From Alphaproteobacteria bacterium (GTDB lineage Bacteria > Pseudomonadota > Alphaproteobacteria > UBA828): a DNA stretch of 64,000 nucleotides. The stretch's first letter is position 1, and each line of letters starts with the position of its first letter. Under the pieces are notes generated by a model. It was not told the DNA's origin. It was given only the letters and a program-made list of their open reading frames with translations, and did no database searches. Made by a program: the position numbers and the translations under genes. The stretch is from the NCBI GenBank assembly GCA_965214705.1, contig OZ243972.1, positions 448,001 to 512,000 on the forward strand, written 5' to 3'. This document shows positions 62,301 through 64,000 of this stretch, one piece after another.

Positions 62301-62714
62301 CTCGTCGAGGCTGACGTCGACGTGCGTGGTTGGGGCTATGCGATGCTGCACGGCGGCACGAAGGACCGGGACGTTCAGGTCTCGAACTTCCAGTCGGGAG
62401 GCCTGCCGCTCTTTCTGATCAGCCTGAAGGCAGGCGGCATTGGCCTCAACCTGACCGCCGCCGACACCGTGATCGTCTACGACCCGTGGTGGAACCCGGC
62501 GGTTGAGCGCCAAGCCATGGACCGGGCGCACCGGATCGGTCAGGACAAACCCGTGTTCGTTCATCGCCTGATCGCCGAGAACACGGTCGAGGCCGCCATT
62601 CAGCGGATGCAGGAGCGCAAGCAGGCGCTTGCGGACGCATTGTTCGAGGGAACGGGCCAGGGGCCGCTGGCGCTCACCGAAGAGGATATCGATGCGCTGT
62701 TCAGCATCGCCTGA
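59337..62714 (+). CDS. SWIM zinc finger + SNF2-family helicase/ATPase
   Basis: CACPVGFNCKH; LRPYQ, LADDMGLGKT, LDEAQ, LTGTPVEN, KVLVFSQF, DPWWNPAVE.QA.DRAHRIGQ. Confidence 0.95.
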   Translation: MGTIRKDDIRRAIGEPSFGRGQNYFELGMVRSVEFETASRIHGKVSGSRSKVYAVTAILTFRTDGTIGSVYGSCACPVGFNCKHAAAVLLAAAERSARRDADNGGTAPDAIAGEVGQWLDLWPGKAGATAARKPPGPPARGQYHLFYVFHRDKKRRAFVAPYKAYLKKDGEIGSNFRELHDRNSSWAGKHLSVDDAGILAKLDFYADGGYTRNFDWPEGDELIALVREIVDTGRARAGEVRGSALSWAPPRRCEFVWSSAEAGEQHAVARDESGSPMTILPFPTPLFVDADAGQIGVAETALPPRMASWFAAAPPVRPGAAGAVAAKLSRIGQHAPVPRLHRIEERSDILPVPVLTLYGCTHEHPRHGHFESLRRVRETPSLVHPCARLEVSYEGAGTRVRACKGEAITVSGEGGIAVIRRDFEREAAYRRALKKAARRHRCMQPESLSLGDVLPREARDADIVFPPLVDGDDGSAASGVGFLAETVPTLRADGWRIKIESTWPFRVYEGPTTFSTSLEADDSDWFSLSLTLEANGQTLDLTQIVLQLIETLPVDELGRLEEGFDVDGFLAGKVFHVRLDDGACVPLDGARLARFAEAFLEAQGLVGFHRAEAGRLFELAEALEGCGAPWSGSRELLELGARLQSLAQVPEVPAPAVLRGELRPYQRVGFGWLKALSDSGFGGVLADDMGLGKTVQTLALLACRHLEENADRPSLLVVPTSLVGNWRREAARFTPDLKLLVLHGPGRRRRFPAIPDHHVVLTTYPLVSRDGEILFRHDYDTAVLDEAQTVKNPAAAISKRIRDIRARQRLALTGTPVENNLQELWSLYDWLIPGLLGSRKSFTTCYRRPIEARGDRAKQRLLSTRIKPFMMRRTKEQVAGELPEKTVIDELVPLEGEQGALYESIRTAMDARVREAIAERGLAASRITILDALLKLRQVCCDPRLVKLDAARKVMESAKRARLLALLEELVAEGRKVLVFSQFVEMLRLVEADVDVRGWGYAMLHGGTKDRDVQVSNFQSGGLPLFLISLKAGGIGLNLTAADTVIVYDPWWNPAVERQAMDRAHRIGQDKPVFVHRLIAENTVEAAIQRMQERKQALADALFEGTGQGPLALTEEDIDALFSIA

Positions 62715-63108
62715 CCTGTGTTGAGAACTCTCTCCTCTCTCCATCCGCCCGACGCATTCGGGTACGGCTTCGAGTTCGTTTGACCTCCGCCCCGCTTTTC
62801 TCGACCGCGGTAGAGACTGGCGGTCTCACATCGGGCATTCGACCCCGAATGCTCGGTTCCGGCCGCGTCGCAATATGCGACACGGCCGTATGCTGTGGCT
62901 CCCAAAATTGTGGCTTTGTATCGAATTCCCAGCCGTTCGCAGCCAGTGGTGTGACGTTTGCTTAGATGCTCGATAGCGCACAAGTTGTTGTTCCGCCTGA
63001 AGGTAACTGGATGGTCACCCGGCACCTGCTCTGGAGCATACACTCGATCCGACACCGGTTCTTGAGAATTCGCTACACTTCTGACCTCTCCTGGCAACGG
63101 AACGCTTA

Positions 63109-63635
63109 TTGCGCCAGGGTAAGCCCTGGAGAGGAGGATGCCATGAACTGAAACCTCTCGTAGCGATCCAGCGGGTTCGACTCCCGCCCGGCAAAGGCGC
63201 AGCCCGCCAGCCGGAAGCGAGTTTTGCATGGCGTGCGGCAACGCCCGTCGTGAAGCGTAGACAGCAGGTGATGAAGCGGTGGGGTAAACCTCGAAATCGG
63301 TGAAGCGATGACGCCTTCATTGTTAAGCGTTGTGGGGGCAGAACCGGAAGCGCCGCTATAGGCGAGGCGCAACGGGTCGTCCGGGGTCGTGGACCGGCGC
63401 AAAGTCACAGGATGGATCGCCAGAGAACCTGGGAGATCCTGCTCTTGCCCGTGGGCAAGGACGCTGGAAAGGGGATTGCCAGCGTGACCAACAAAGACCC
63501 CGGCCCGTCGCCGGGCCTGCACGGCGGCGGGAGCGCTCATGGCGGACACGAACCCCGGCAGGCGCCTGCGGAGCCGGCTGGCGAAACCAATAAGCCGAAG
63601 GCCATGCGGGGGCAGGAAGTCGTAGCGTCCTGATA
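63109..63635 (+). ncRNA. Group II intron, 5' part (domains I-III), outer intron
   Basis: Starts ttgcg; loop taagcgtt (63324-63331) is complementary to the exon aacgctta (63101-63108) as EBS1/IBS1; gaacctgggagatcc and ggaagtcgtagcgtcctgatagt resemble the DI end and DIII. Confidence 0.8.
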
Positions 63636-64000
63636 GTGTGTGCTGGGCAGCGCCCAGATCAGGTGGGTTCAAGTCCCACTGGCGCTCGGGTAAGGGGCGC
63701 CATATCCAAAAGTGGGGGTAATTCGTCACTGGCCGGAGTGAGCCGATAAGCGAAACTCTAAACGGGCACGAAGCCGGAAACGGCGGAGACAGCCAAGGGA
63801 GGAGCTAAGTTGGTCCACTGTCGAAAGACAACCGGAAGGCAGGGTGTCCACCGCGAGGTGGAATCTGAAGGGCTTGCGGAGAAGTACCGGGCCGTAATCG
63901 AGGGGGCCACCCCATGATGAATCGGTCGGTGCGGCGCGACAAACAAGATGAGACAGCAGCGTCAATCAGGATGAGACGGGGGAGATCGGCGGCCAGGAAT
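63636..64000 (+). ncRNA. Second group II intron 5' end (domain I), nested, running off the window
   Basis: gtgtg start (63636 or 63638), gggttcaagtccc hairpin, aacgggcacgaagccggaaacggcggagacagccaagg and gaatctgaagg domain-I-like segments. Confidence 0.7.

Noticed and set aside
59871-62744. 957-aa minus-strand ORF
   Set aside because: Antisense shadow of the SNF2 helicase.
63165-63195. gggttcgactccc (and gggttcaagtccc at about 63665) as a tRNA T-loop
   Set aside because: No cloverleaf can be built; these hairpins lie in group II intron domain I.

Overview
High-GC bacterial accessory region, probably alphaproteobacterial. A host-associated or sponge-symbiont lifestyle is suggested by the gene repertoire, but this is inference only. 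The left half (1-32 kb) is a nest of mobile DNA: IS1595, two ISKra4-type copies, two copies of a 4-gene TG..CA Mu/IS21-like element, IS66, an integrase+IS91 element, IS5/IS1182-like elements and two MITEs. It also holds a DNA methyltransferase-HNH fusion and an inverted-repeat-bounded unit carrying higBA plus two tandem tyrosine recombinases. The middle holds recD2, paralogous hypothetical proteins and a decayed mobilisation region. 39-55 kb is a surface-polysaccharide locus (asnB-type amidotransferase, flippase, GT4s). Its first gene encodes a 2031-aa O-antigen ligase/polymerase-like membrane protein with about 1600 aa of plant-receptor-like LRR modules inserted into its loop; a second, IS-destroyed paralogue lies at 4.6-9.7 kb. 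The right end has a second tandem-integrase pair, a SWIM-SNF2 helicase and the 5' part of a group II intron into which a second group II intron appears to be inserted. All calls come from reading motifs by eye; no database searches were run.
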